Below, piece after piece: positions 18,697-26,926 of a stretch of DNA of 64,000 nt. The notes beneath the pieces are model-generated. The model worked only from the letters and a program-made list of their open reading frames with translations, had not been told where the DNA came from and made no database searches. The DNA is from Candidatus Magasanikiibacteriota bacterium (GTDB lineage Bacteria; Patescibacteriota; Patescibacteriia; Magasanikbacterales; UBA922). Made by a program: the position numbers and the translations under genes. The stretch's first letter is position 1; each line of letters starts with the position of its first letter. The stretch covers positions 15,340-79,339 of the forward strand of contig JBPOIO010000023.1 of assembly GCA_052034405.1 (NCBI GenBank), in the 5' to 3' direction.

Positions 18697-19944
18697 ATGA
18701 ATTTTTTCAAAACTCCAGTTTTTACGGGATTTATGCCAAATCTCCTCGCAAAAGAAGTGCTTCTCGCTCTCTCTTTTATGTTTCCTTGGAATTGGTCAAA
18801 ACTGCAATCGGGGAAAGCGCTCTCTTTACTCGAAAAACAATTCGAAACATTTTTTGGAATAAACTCTGTTATTGCTTTTGATAGTGGCCGTAGTAGCCTC
18901 CAAATTGCCCTAGAAAGCCTTGAAATGTCACAAAACGATGAAGTACTCCTCCAAGCCTATACCTGCTCTGTTGTGTCAAATGCCGTCATTTGGTCTGGGG
19001 CTCGTCCAGTATATGTTGATATAAACAAAAATTTCAACATGGACCCAAGTGATTTGGAGAAAAAAATCACTCCTCGTTCCAAAGTTCTCATTATTCAACA
19101 CACATTTGGAATTCCCGCAGATCTTGAAGCACTTGTAGCCATTGCCCAAAAACATAATCTTACTATCATTGAAGATTGTGCGCATGTCATTGGTGGTATG
19201 TATAAAAATAAAATGCTCGGAACTTGGGGAGATATTGCTATGCTCAGCTTTGGAACAGACAAATCTATTTCCTGTGGTCGAGGTGGAGCTTTGCTTACAA
19301 ATAATACAAATCTAGCAGAAAAATTTCGCAAAAGACAAAAAACACTTCCTCATCTTTCAAAAAAATATATTCTGCAACAACTCTACACTTTTATTCTTTT
19401 TTTTCTTTGCAAAGCACTGTATACTATTGGTATTGGAAAATTTGTACTCGCACTTTCAAAAAAATTGCATCTGAGTAGTCGAATTATTGAACAAAATGAA
19501 AAAAAAGGAAAGCAAAGTCCAAAATTTCCTGCACAATTGGCAAATACATTGGCAGAAATTGCACTTCATCAAATGAAACATTTGAATGAATTTAATGAGC
19601 ACAGAATTGCTCTTGCAGAAAACTATAAAAAAAATATACAAAATTCTCAAATAGAAACCCCAGAAAAAATTCAAAATATTCCATTTTTACGTTTTCCAAT
19701 TTTAGTCAAAAATCCAGCAAAACTTCACAAAATGGCGCAAAAAGAGGGGATACTCCTTGGAGATTGGTATACCACAGTTATTGCACCTTCTGATGTAGAT
19801 GAAAGTAAAATGGGCTATACAAAAGGATCTTGTCCCAATGCAGAAAAACTTGCGCAAAGATCAATAAATCTCCCAACACATATTCATATTTCTCAAAAAA
19901 ATCAAGAAAAAATCATCAAGATTGTAAATTCTTATGCCGAATAA
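18697..19944 (+). CDS. DegT/DnrJ/EryC1/StrS PLP-dependent aminotransferase
   Basis: SGRSSL, QHTFG, IEDCAH, SFGTDK (PLP Lys), CPNAE...INLPTH. Confidence 0.88.
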   Translation: MNFFKTPVFTGFMPNLLAKEVLLALSFMFPWNWSKLQSGKALSLLEKQFETFFGINSVIAFDSGRSSLQIALESLEMSQNDEVLLQAYTCSVVSNAVIWSGARPVYVDINKNFNMDPSDLEKKITPRSKVLIIQHTFGIPADLEALVAIAQKHNLTIIEDCAHVIGGMYKNKMLGTWGDIAMLSFGTDKSISCGRGGALLTNNTNLAEKFRKRQKTLPHLSKKYILQQLYTFILFFLCKALYTIGIGKFVLALSKKLHLSSRIIEQNEKKGKQSPKFPAQLANTLAEIALHQMKHLNEFNEHRIALAENYKKNIQNSQIETPEKIQNIPFLRFPILVKNPAKLHKMAQKEGILLGDWYTTVIAPSDVDESKMGYTKGSCPNAEKLAQRSINLPTHIHISQKNQEKIIKIVNSYAE

Positions 19945-20965
19945 GCTGCGTATTCAAGAGATAGAAAGCCCACAAATTTGGGAATCTTTTGTTCGATCCC
20001 AAAAATCTACAGTTTTTGTACAAGCTCCTCAATATGGAGAATTTTATAAATCTCTTGGTGAAAATTTTTTTATTCTCGGAATTTTAAAAGAAGGGGAGCT
20101 TGTTGGAGGTTCTTTGGTAGTGACAACACATGCACGTCGTGGCAATTTCCTCTATCTTCCCTATGGTCCATTTTTACCAGAACAAAATAGGCAAGAAGCC
20201 CTGCAACTTTTCACAGAACACCTTGAAACATACGCAAAAAAACACAAATATTCTTTTATTCGTGTGAGTCCTTTTCTCGAGGAAAATGCTGAAAACATTG
20301 CTCTTTTCAAACATTGCAAATACCACCCTGCTCCCATGCATGCTCTTGCAGAAACAACATGGATTTTGAATATACAAGCATCCGAAGAAACACTTCTCAA
20401 AAACATGAACAAAAATCATCGTAATTTGATTCGTCGTTGTGAACGTGAAGGAGTTGTGATTACACAATCAACAAACCCAAAAGATCTTGATGGTCTTGAC
20501 GAAATGCTTGAGGTAACAGCACAAAGACATAACTTTACAAAATTTTCAAAAAAATATATTACTTCAGAATTCAAGAGTTTTCTCCCAGATAATACGGTTT
20601 TATTTGAAGCCAGACTTCCAGATGGTCGGCTCGATGGAGCTGCTATTATCATGTTTTATGGTACTATGGCCTGTTATCGTCATAGTGCTTCACTTGGCCT
20701 AGATAACAAGCTTCCAACCTCATATCTTCTTCAATGGAAAGTAATTCAAGAAGCTCAAAAAAGAGGCATGCACTGGTATAATTTTTGGGGTATTGCTCCC
20801 CTTGATGCCCACAAAAAACATCCATTTTTTGGTATTACCCATTTCAAAAAAGGTTTTGGTGGAGAAATACGAAATATTTTGCACTGTCAGGATTTTGTTG
20901 TCAGCAAAAAATATTATCTCAATTGGATTATAGAACAATTTCGAAAACGAAAACGTGGTTTCTAA
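19934..20965 (+). CDS. FemABX-family tRNA-dependent peptidoglycan aminoacyl transferase
   Basis: LYLPYGP, RNLIRR, YLLQW..I..A, YNFWGI, FKKGFGG. Confidence 0.88.
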   Translation: MPNKLRIQEIESPQIWESFVRSQKSTVFVQAPQYGEFYKSLGENFFILGILKEGELVGGSLVVTTHARRGNFLYLPYGPFLPEQNRQEALQLFTEHLETYAKKHKYSFIRVSPFLEENAENIALFKHCKYHPAPMHALAETTWILNIQASEETLLKNMNKNHRNLIRRCEREGVVITQSTNPKDLDGLDEMLEVTAQRHNFTKFSKKYITSEFKSFLPDNTVLFEARLPDGRLDGAAIIMFYGTMACYRHSASLGLDNKLPTSYLLQWKVIQEAQKRGMHWYNFWGIAPLDAHKKHPFFGITHFKKGFGGEIRNILHCQDFVVSKKYYLNWIIEQFRKRKRGF

Positions 20966-20968
20966 AAT

Positions 20969-21925
20969 ATGAGAGATTTTTTTCATAAAAAAAATAAACA
21001 GACAGGACATATTCCACCGGGATATCGTTCTTTTGAACATAGCACGACAATTCCTGAAAAAAATAAACAAAGATCATGGAAATGGTATAGCAAAATTATC
21101 GTTATTTGTATTACTTTTTTGGGAACTTTTGGACTTCTTTTTTTACACCCTTTTTTTCAGATTCATACAATTCAAATTCGAGGTCTGCATCGTATTGAAG
21201 AAGGGGATATACGTGATACCGTAAATGGTATTCTCTCCTATAAACGTTTTTTGATTTTCCCACAAAATAATTTTTTTGTTCTTGATATTGATGATCTCCA
21301 TACTATTTTGGAACAAAAATTTGGTCTTCAAAAATTAACTATTACAAAACGCTTTCCCCATAGTGTACATATTGTTTTAGAAGAAAAACTTTCTTCTATC
21401 ATGTATGATAATGGCGAACAATATGCCATGATTGATGCGAAAGGAAAGGTTTCTGAAATTTTACGCATTATTGATGATAGTGAATGGCGTGTTATCAAAA
21501 AACGTGTTACAAGTACGAGTGAAGGTGGCACAGAAGTTTCTACTGAACAAATTGTTTCACGATTTCACACTCCAAATTATAAAAAAATTATCAGCGAAGT
21601 AGGGGACTATCCCCTCGTGTATGATAACAGAAGTAAAAAGGTAGGAAAAGGTGAACAAGTTTTGAATGAAAATACAGTCCAAGAAATCATTGAGTGGTAT
21701 GAAGCCCTCAAAAAAACAGATATTCCTTTTACTTATTTTTACTTGGAACAAGAGGTTGGTGATGTAACAATCAAAACCACAGAAGGTTGGAATATCAAAG
21801 CCAAACTCGATAAAAACATTCCAGAACAATTTCAAACCTTAGAATATATTTTGAAACAAAAAGTAAAACGTCCAGACATCCAATATATTGATGTTCGTTT
21901 TTCGGGTCGTGCTTTTTGGTTGTAA
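20969..21925 (+). CDS. ftsQ: FtsQ/DivIB-like cell division protein
   Basis: Single TM, POTRA domain (K.FP...I.L.E), C-terminal YIDVRF. Confidence 0.75.
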   Translation: MRDFFHKKNKQTGHIPPGYRSFEHSTTIPEKNKQRSWKWYSKIIVICITFLGTFGLLFLHPFFQIHTIQIRGLHRIEEGDIRDTVNGILSYKRFLIFPQNNFFVLDIDDLHTILEQKFGLQKLTITKRFPHSVHIVLEEKLSSIMYDNGEQYAMIDAKGKVSEILRIIDDSEWRVIKKRVTSTSEGGTEVSTEQIVSRFHTPNYKKIISEVGDYPLVYDNRSKKVGKGEQVLNENTVQEIIEWYEALKKTDIPFTYFYLEQEVGDVTIKTTEGWNIKAKLDKNIPEQFQTLEYILKQKVKRPDIQYIDVRFSGRAFWL

Positions 21926-21986
21926 GAGAGGAGAGTGGGACTTCTTTTTGGCAGCGACTGTATGCTTGGTTTAAGGTATAAATATA

Positions 21987-22014
21987 GTGTCGCAGAATAT
22001 ATCTTATGCGACAT
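21987..22014. other. dif: dif-like Xer recombination site (11-6-11) with symmetric arms
   Basis: GTGTCGCAGAA-TATATC-TTATGCGACAT in the longest intergenic region, where gene orientation converges. Confidence 0.75.
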
Positions 22015-22419
22015 GATTAAATGAGGCGCTTAAAACCACAGGTGTCAGTATACCACTCACTTTGAGAACTTTTCTAGGTCAGTCTTTAAAGAGCCTCTTA
22101 ATAGAAACCTGACAATCGATAATCCTTCTTTATATCTCTTTATTATATACAAATATATCAAAATCTCTTTGTAAAATCTGTTTTTAAAATTTTTTTTGTA
22201 CAAAATCCTTTTTGTTTTTTCAAAATTATTTTTTTAAAAGTTTCTCCGTATTTCAAATGATTCAAACAAAATTATTATATATAAAATATCTCTCACAAAA
22301 AAGAATTTTAAAATTGAAGAAGCATCTTTTTCAAGCTTTTGAATATTCCCCTGTCTCGTACTTCCCTTTTTGAATAATATTGTGCGACACTAGATAAGTA
22401 GCAATAATTTTTTACACAT

Positions 22420-22457
22420 AAAAAAACAACCTAGCTTTTTTATGCCAGGTTGTTTTA
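22420..22457 (-). terminator. Intrinsic terminator downstream of dsbA-like gene
   Basis: AAAACAACCTAGC..GCCAGGTTGTTTT stem with flanking A/T tracts. Confidence 0.65.
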
Positions 22458-22473
22458 AATTTATAGAGTAGTC

Positions 22474-23256
22474 TTATTTCAAGTATTGTTGGAGTTTTGC
22501 TTCTACAGAAGAGAAAGGTTCTGCTCCGTTAACAATAGTCGTTTCGCCATTTGGCCCAACGATAATGGTATTTGGAGTTCCTCGTACTCCCCCTTCGGCA
22601 CCACTGGTACTATCTCGTTGTACACGATCAGCATATTTTTTGCTGTCCACACAAGATTGAAATTTTGAAATATTTTTTACACCAGCTTCTTTTGCATAGT
22701 TTCCAAGTTGTGAAAGGTCAAGGCCATCATTTCCTGGGGTAACAGCATAAACTTTGTCAATAAATTCCCAAAATTTACCTTGTTCAGCCGCACATTCAGA
22801 GGCAATAGCTTCTGGTCGTGCTTGACTGTGAATACTATCAAGTGGGAAATGACGGAATACCCAGCGTACTTGTGTCCCATATTTTGCCATGATTTGTTGC
22901 ATGGTTGGGTGAAAAGTTTTACAAAATGGACATTCAAGATCACTATATTCGATCAAAGTTACTTTTGCATTGGCATTACCACGGATATGGTCAACTTTTG
23001 GGTCAACTGCTGCAACGGTTATTTTTGTTGGGGCAGCATTATTATCTGCAGCACTTGGGTTTTGTGCATTGTTGTTGAGAACAATGGGTGAGTTACTTCC
23101 ACTATCACTATCATTTGATTGAAAATACACTCCAATCATGATAAAAAAACCAAGTGTACAAAGAACGAGAATCGCTTCGACCACTCCAAAAATAAAAACC
23201 TGGATCGGACTCATGGTCGAGAGGAATCCGGATTTAGGCGCAACTGTGTTGTCCAT
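22474..23256 (-). CDS. Membrane-anchored DsbA/thioredoxin-fold oxidoreductase
   Basis: EYSDLECPFC, RHFPL..H, GTP (cis-Pro). Confidence 0.9.
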   Translation of the reverse strand: MDNTVAPKSGFLSTMSPIQVFIFGVVEAILVLCTLGFFIMIGVYFQSNDSDSGSNSPIVLNNNAQNPSAADNNAAPTKITVAAVDPKVDHIRGNANAKVTLIEYSDLECPFCKTFHPTMQQIMAKYGTQVRWVFRHFPLDSIHSQARPEAIASECAAEQGKFWEFIDKVYAVTPGNDGLDLSQLGNYAKEAGVKNISKFQSCVDSKKYADRVQRDSTSGAEGGVRGTPNTIIVGPNGETTIVNGAEPFSSVEAKLQQYLK

Positions 23257-23300
23257 AGGTGTATAAAAATAAAAAATGAATACACCTTATGATAGCATAT

Positions 23301-24254
23301 TTAGATATAGGGCTGCAAGAGTCCACGGAGCTCTGCAAGCGTTTTTACTTGAACAAGCTGCATACGAAGAGCTTTCATCTGAGATGGGTCTTCGCTGAGG
23401 CGACTTGCCTTAAAATACCAAGATAGATGTTTGCGAAAAGTCATCATTCCACGTTCACCATATTGAGCAATATGAAGTTCTGCATGTTCGAGAACACGAC
23501 GAACTCTTTCAGACATTTCAACTGTCTCTATCCCCTGTTTATAGAGAGAAAAAAACCAAGGATTTCCCAAAGCACCACGCGCAATCAAAACACCATCTGC
23601 TTTTGTTTGTTCCAAAACTTCACGCACGTGATGTGGCTCGTGAACATCTCCATTGGCAAGCAGTGGAACCCGAGCCATTGCTTTCGCCTGTGCAATTCGA
23701 GCCCAATCACTTTTTCCAGAATATCCCTGGGCTTTGGTACGACCATGCACCGTAATAAGATCTGCTCCAGCTTCTTCGATCACTGGAATAAAACGTTTGA
23801 AATCATCTGGATCACTCCAACCCAAACGAATTTTTACAGAAAGTGGAGTATCCCACAATACTGATTTCATTTCTCGAATAATAGCAGCCGCGCGTTCAGG
23901 CTCTTTCATAAGAGCACAGCCATTAAAATTACTGGTAATTTTATAGACAGGACAACCCATGTTAATATCAATACCTTCTGGAGCTGCATGTTTCATGACA
24001 ATTTCAGCAGCACGGGCCATGGTAAGTGGGTCAGAACCAAAAATTTGTTGCACAATAGGTCTCTCCCCTGCTACAAAGTCAGTCATCCCCAAAGTCTTGG
24101 CACTATCTCGAACAAGAGCCTCACTGCTCACCATTTCGCGAAAAACAACATCCGCTCCACCAATATTTCGTACAACCTGACAAAAAGCAGAGTCAGTCAT
24201 ATCTGCCATTGGTGAAAGCGCCAAAATAGGTTTTTGAAAATCAGTCCATTTCAT
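23301..24254 (-). CDS. dusB: tRNA-dihydrouridine synthase (DusB-like)
   Basis: LSPMA, DINMGCP, VKIRLG, VHGRT, NGDV, RGALGNPW. Confidence 0.9.
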   Translation of the reverse strand: MKWTDFQKPILALSPMADMTDSAFCQVVRNIGGADVVFREMVSSEALVRDSAKTLGMTDFVAGERPIVQQIFGSDPLTMARAAEIVMKHAAPEGIDINMGCPVYKITSNFNGCALMKEPERAAAIIREMKSVLWDTPLSVKIRLGWSDPDDFKRFIPVIEEAGADLITVHGRTKAQGYSGKSDWARIAQAKAMARVPLLANGDVHEPHHVREVLEQTKADGVLIARGALGNPWFFSLYKQGIETVEMSERVRRVLEHAELHIAQYGERGMMTFRKHLSWYFKASRLSEDPSQMKALRMQLVQVKTLAELRGLLQPYI

Positions 24255-24282
24255 AAAAATGCCATTATACGACAAACATATA

Positions 24283-24312
24283 AAAAAAGCAAGTCATAAA
24301 ACCTGCTTTTTT
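24283..24312 (-). terminator. Intrinsic terminator
   Basis: AAAAAGCAAGT/ACCTGCTTTTT hairpin. Confidence 0.55.
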
Positions 24313-24331
24313 GTCTTTATAGAGAGAAGAT

Positions 24332-25726
24332 TTAACCAAATTTGGTATCTTTTGCAAATGAACCACCCTGTACACCACTATCCATAAAAATCTCTTCGGG
24401 GGCATTTGAAGGCGCAAGGAGTGATTCAATAGGAAGTCCCATTGGAGGTTCTGCACTTTTCATTTTTGTTTTTTGAAGTGATGGGGTTTTTACATGAGAC
24501 ATTGGAAAATGCCAAATAGTTGCGAGTTCTTCTACATTGAGAACACAGGGATTCGCCCCAGTACCAATTTTTCGTTTTTTATAAGCCTTCATGAGCAATT
24601 TTTTACGATCATTGCTTCGCTTTTTGGCAAACATATAGTGAGCCCCACTTGAAAATTTTGGTACAATAGAATTTGATGTTGGAATATTATATTGATGCAG
24701 TGCCCCAATAATAGCATTAACGGCACGACCAGGTTGAAAGACTTCTTTTCGTGCCAAATAAAGCGCACGCATTTTGGTTTTGAAGCCAAGCATGCTAATT
24801 TTTTTCTCCATAGCCTCAACTAAAGTTTTTTGGCCAGGAGTTAGAAAACTCAAATTATTCATAGGTCCACCATGATCGTCATGAGACTCCGAAGCTTCAC
24901 GTGCAAAAACTTGATCTCCTACTTGTTCAAGAAGTTTAAAGGGAGCCGAAGTAATAGCATCAACAATTTTATTTCCTCCATGGTGATGTGACTCGGCACC
25001 AATAATTTCGTTTATTTTTTCCATGGCGTGATGTTTCCAACTATTGGAAATTGGTTCGATCAAAATCTGAAACCAAATTTGTTCTCCAGGGCCAATACGT
25101 GTAAAACTCTCCAAAAATGCTCCCATTGGATCTTTTAAGACAGTATCTTTGGAAATGCTATGTTCAAATTCACGATAAGTACGAATAGGATAGGCATCGT
25201 CTGTTGCAAGAGTAAAATCCCCTGCCCACATGTCATACTCTGAATCTGGAAAAGTATCCGGAGCCTTGGTCACATAATCTTCTACTTCAATGACTTCAAT
25301 ATCAGGGTACTGTGCATACAGAGCCGCTTCAACCAAATCACGATAACTCTCTTCGGTACGAATCAAAAATTGAATATAACCCTCTATACTAATAATTTCA
25401 AAACTAAACCATTTTTGTTTGTAACCATGCCAAAATTTTTCACCAATACCAGGGTCATTGAAAGCTCCAGCAAGATGAAAGAAAAATTGTTCTACAGCCT
25501 TTGGTGTTTGTACATTAATAGCAGGAGTATCAACAGCAAGCAAAACCCATTTCCAACTATGTTTATAAAGCTCCTGACGATATTCTAGAAAGTATTCTTC
25601 AAATACAAGAGCAATAAGCCAAAAAAATATAAGATAGCCAAACATGGCAAAAAGTTGGGTGACGACTTCAAATGGAGTTTGAAGAAAAAAAACACTGATT
25701 GTATCCAAAATTGTTGCAAAGTCCAT
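24332..25726 (-). CDS. Conserved CPR membrane-anchored protein (DUF8128-like, resembles the N-terminal domain of CPR coupling-protein/ATPase fusions)
   Basis: N-terminal TM; FSFEI, YAQYP..E..EV.DY, YPI.TY, LN.EELAT.WHFP motifs. Confidence 0.65.
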   Translation of the reverse strand: MDFATILDTISVFFLQTPFEVVTQLFAMFGYLIFFWLIALVFEEYFLEYRQELYKHSWKWVLLAVDTPAINVQTPKAVEQFFFHLAGAFNDPGIGEKFWHGYKQKWFSFEIISIEGYIQFLIRTEESYRDLVEAALYAQYPDIEVIEVEDYVTKAPDTFPDSEYDMWAGDFTLATDDAYPIRTYREFEHSISKDTVLKDPMGAFLESFTRIGPGEQIWFQILIEPISNSWKHHAMEKINEIIGAESHHHGGNKIVDAITSAPFKLLEQVGDQVFAREASESHDDHGGPMNNLSFLTPGQKTLVEAMEKKISMLGFKTKMRALYLARKEVFQPGRAVNAIIGALHQYNIPTSNSIVPKFSSGAHYMFAKKRSNDRKKLLMKAYKKRKIGTGANPCVLNVEELATIWHFPMSHVKTPSLQKTKMKSAEPPMGLPIESLLAPSNAPEEIFMDSGVQGGSFAKDTKFG

Positions 25727-25732
25727 AGTGCT

Positions 25733-25906
25733 TTAGTGTCCACCTGCAGCGTGTACAATCTTGTAGGTAATCATATAAATAAAAATGAGACCAAATCCTG
25801 TCCACCACCAACCATGAGTACCACTGATATAAGCCGCAGCATATACCAAAATACAAAGAAGCATGGCCAGAAATGAAACAAGATGTCGTACAAAACCATC
25901 TGTCAT
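25733..25906 (-). CDS. 57-aa two-TM small protein (MTDGFVRHLVSFLAMLLCILVYAAAYISGTHGWWWTGFGLIFIYMITYKIVHAAGGH); not in ORF track
   Basis: Read manually; stop lies 6 nt before the next ATG; clean hairpin topology. Confidence 0.7.
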   Translation of the reverse strand: MTDGFVRHLVSFLAMLLCILVYAAAYISGTHGWWWTGFGLIFIYMITYKIVHAAGGH

Positions 25907-26005
25907 AAAATAAAGCTATGAAATATATACATAGTATAACATAGCGCACAAAAAAAGAAAAACCTCGGATGAGATTTTTCTTTTTGAAAGAGAGCAAAGA
26001 CAAAA

Positions 26006-26926
26006 TTATTTTCTTGTTTTTCTCCATTCTTCCCAAGATACCAGAAGAGAACTTGCAATAAAAATTGATGAATAAGTTCCAAAGAATACTCCGATAATCA
26101 GTGCAAGTGAAAAAGATCTTGTTGTTTCTCCACCAAAGAAATACAGAGCAATCAAAGTCAATTGTACTGTAAGTGAAGTGTTGACAGAACGACCAATCGT
26201 TTCATTGACAGCAAGATTCACTGTCTGAGCAAAATCTTTGATACCTTTGAGCAATACTTTTTCACGAATACGATCAAATACTACGATCGTATCGTTAACA
26301 GAATAACCCAAGATTGTCAGCAAGGCTACAACAAAAGAAATATCTACTTCAATACCCAGAAAATGTCCAAGAAGTGAGAAAATACCCATTGTAATTACTA
26401 CATCGTGCAAGAGCGCTACAACAGCCGTTACACCATATTTCCATGAAGGAACAGATTTTGAGACCTTACGAAAGGCATAGGCAATAAAGAGCACAATACC
26501 AATAGATACGGCCAAAATAGCATAGAGTGATCGAGTTTTGAGCTGTTCACTAAATGCTGGTCCAATAGTTTCAAGACGTTCTTCACGAACTTGGACAGTA
26601 TCTTTTTGAAATTGATCACGAAGACCAAGAAGAATCTTTTGGTGTTCTGCTTCTGAAATAAATGGCAATTTTATAATAATAGATTGATCACCAGAAAATT
26701 GCAGTTTTGATGGAGTAAATCCAGTTTTTTCAATAGTTGTCCTTATTTCAGTTGTCTGTGGACGAGCGCCACCAGTAAAACTCACTTCAAGAAGTGAACC
26801 ACCAGTAAAATCAAGTCCGGGTTTCAGACCAAAAACAAATAAAGAAATAAGACTGGTCACGAATAAAATTCCTGAAAAGATAAAGGCAATATTTCTTTTT
26901 TTAATAATTTCGTACAACATAGACAA
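26006..26926 (-). CDS. secF: Protein translocase subunit SecF
   Basis: GLDFTGG, ALLHDV, LGYSVNDTIVVFDRIRE, GTYSSIFIA. Confidence 0.96.
   Translation of the reverse strand: MSMLYEIIKKRNIAFIFSGILFVTSLISLFVFGLKPGLDFTGGSLLEVSFTGGARPQTTEIRTTIEKTGFTPSKLQFSGDQSIIIKLPFISEAEHQKILLGLRDQFQKDTVQVREERLETIGPAFSEQLKTRSLYAILAVSIGIVLFIAYAFRKVSKSVPSWKYGVTAVVALLHDVVITMGIFSLLGHFLGIEVDISFVVALLTILGYSVNDTIVVFDRIREKVLLKGIKDFAQTVNLAVNETIGRSVNTSLTVQLTLIALYFFGGETTRSFSLALIIGVFFGTYSSIFIASSLLVSWEEWRKTRK

Noticed and set aside
22130-22370. AT-rich tract as a possible oriC
   Set aside because: No DnaA-box cluster, flanking genes converge, and a dif-like site is adjacent
25668-26036. 122-aa minus-strand ORF in the track
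   Set aside because: Overlaps secF and a terminator-like hairpin (~25951-25985); the 57-aa frame fits the gap better
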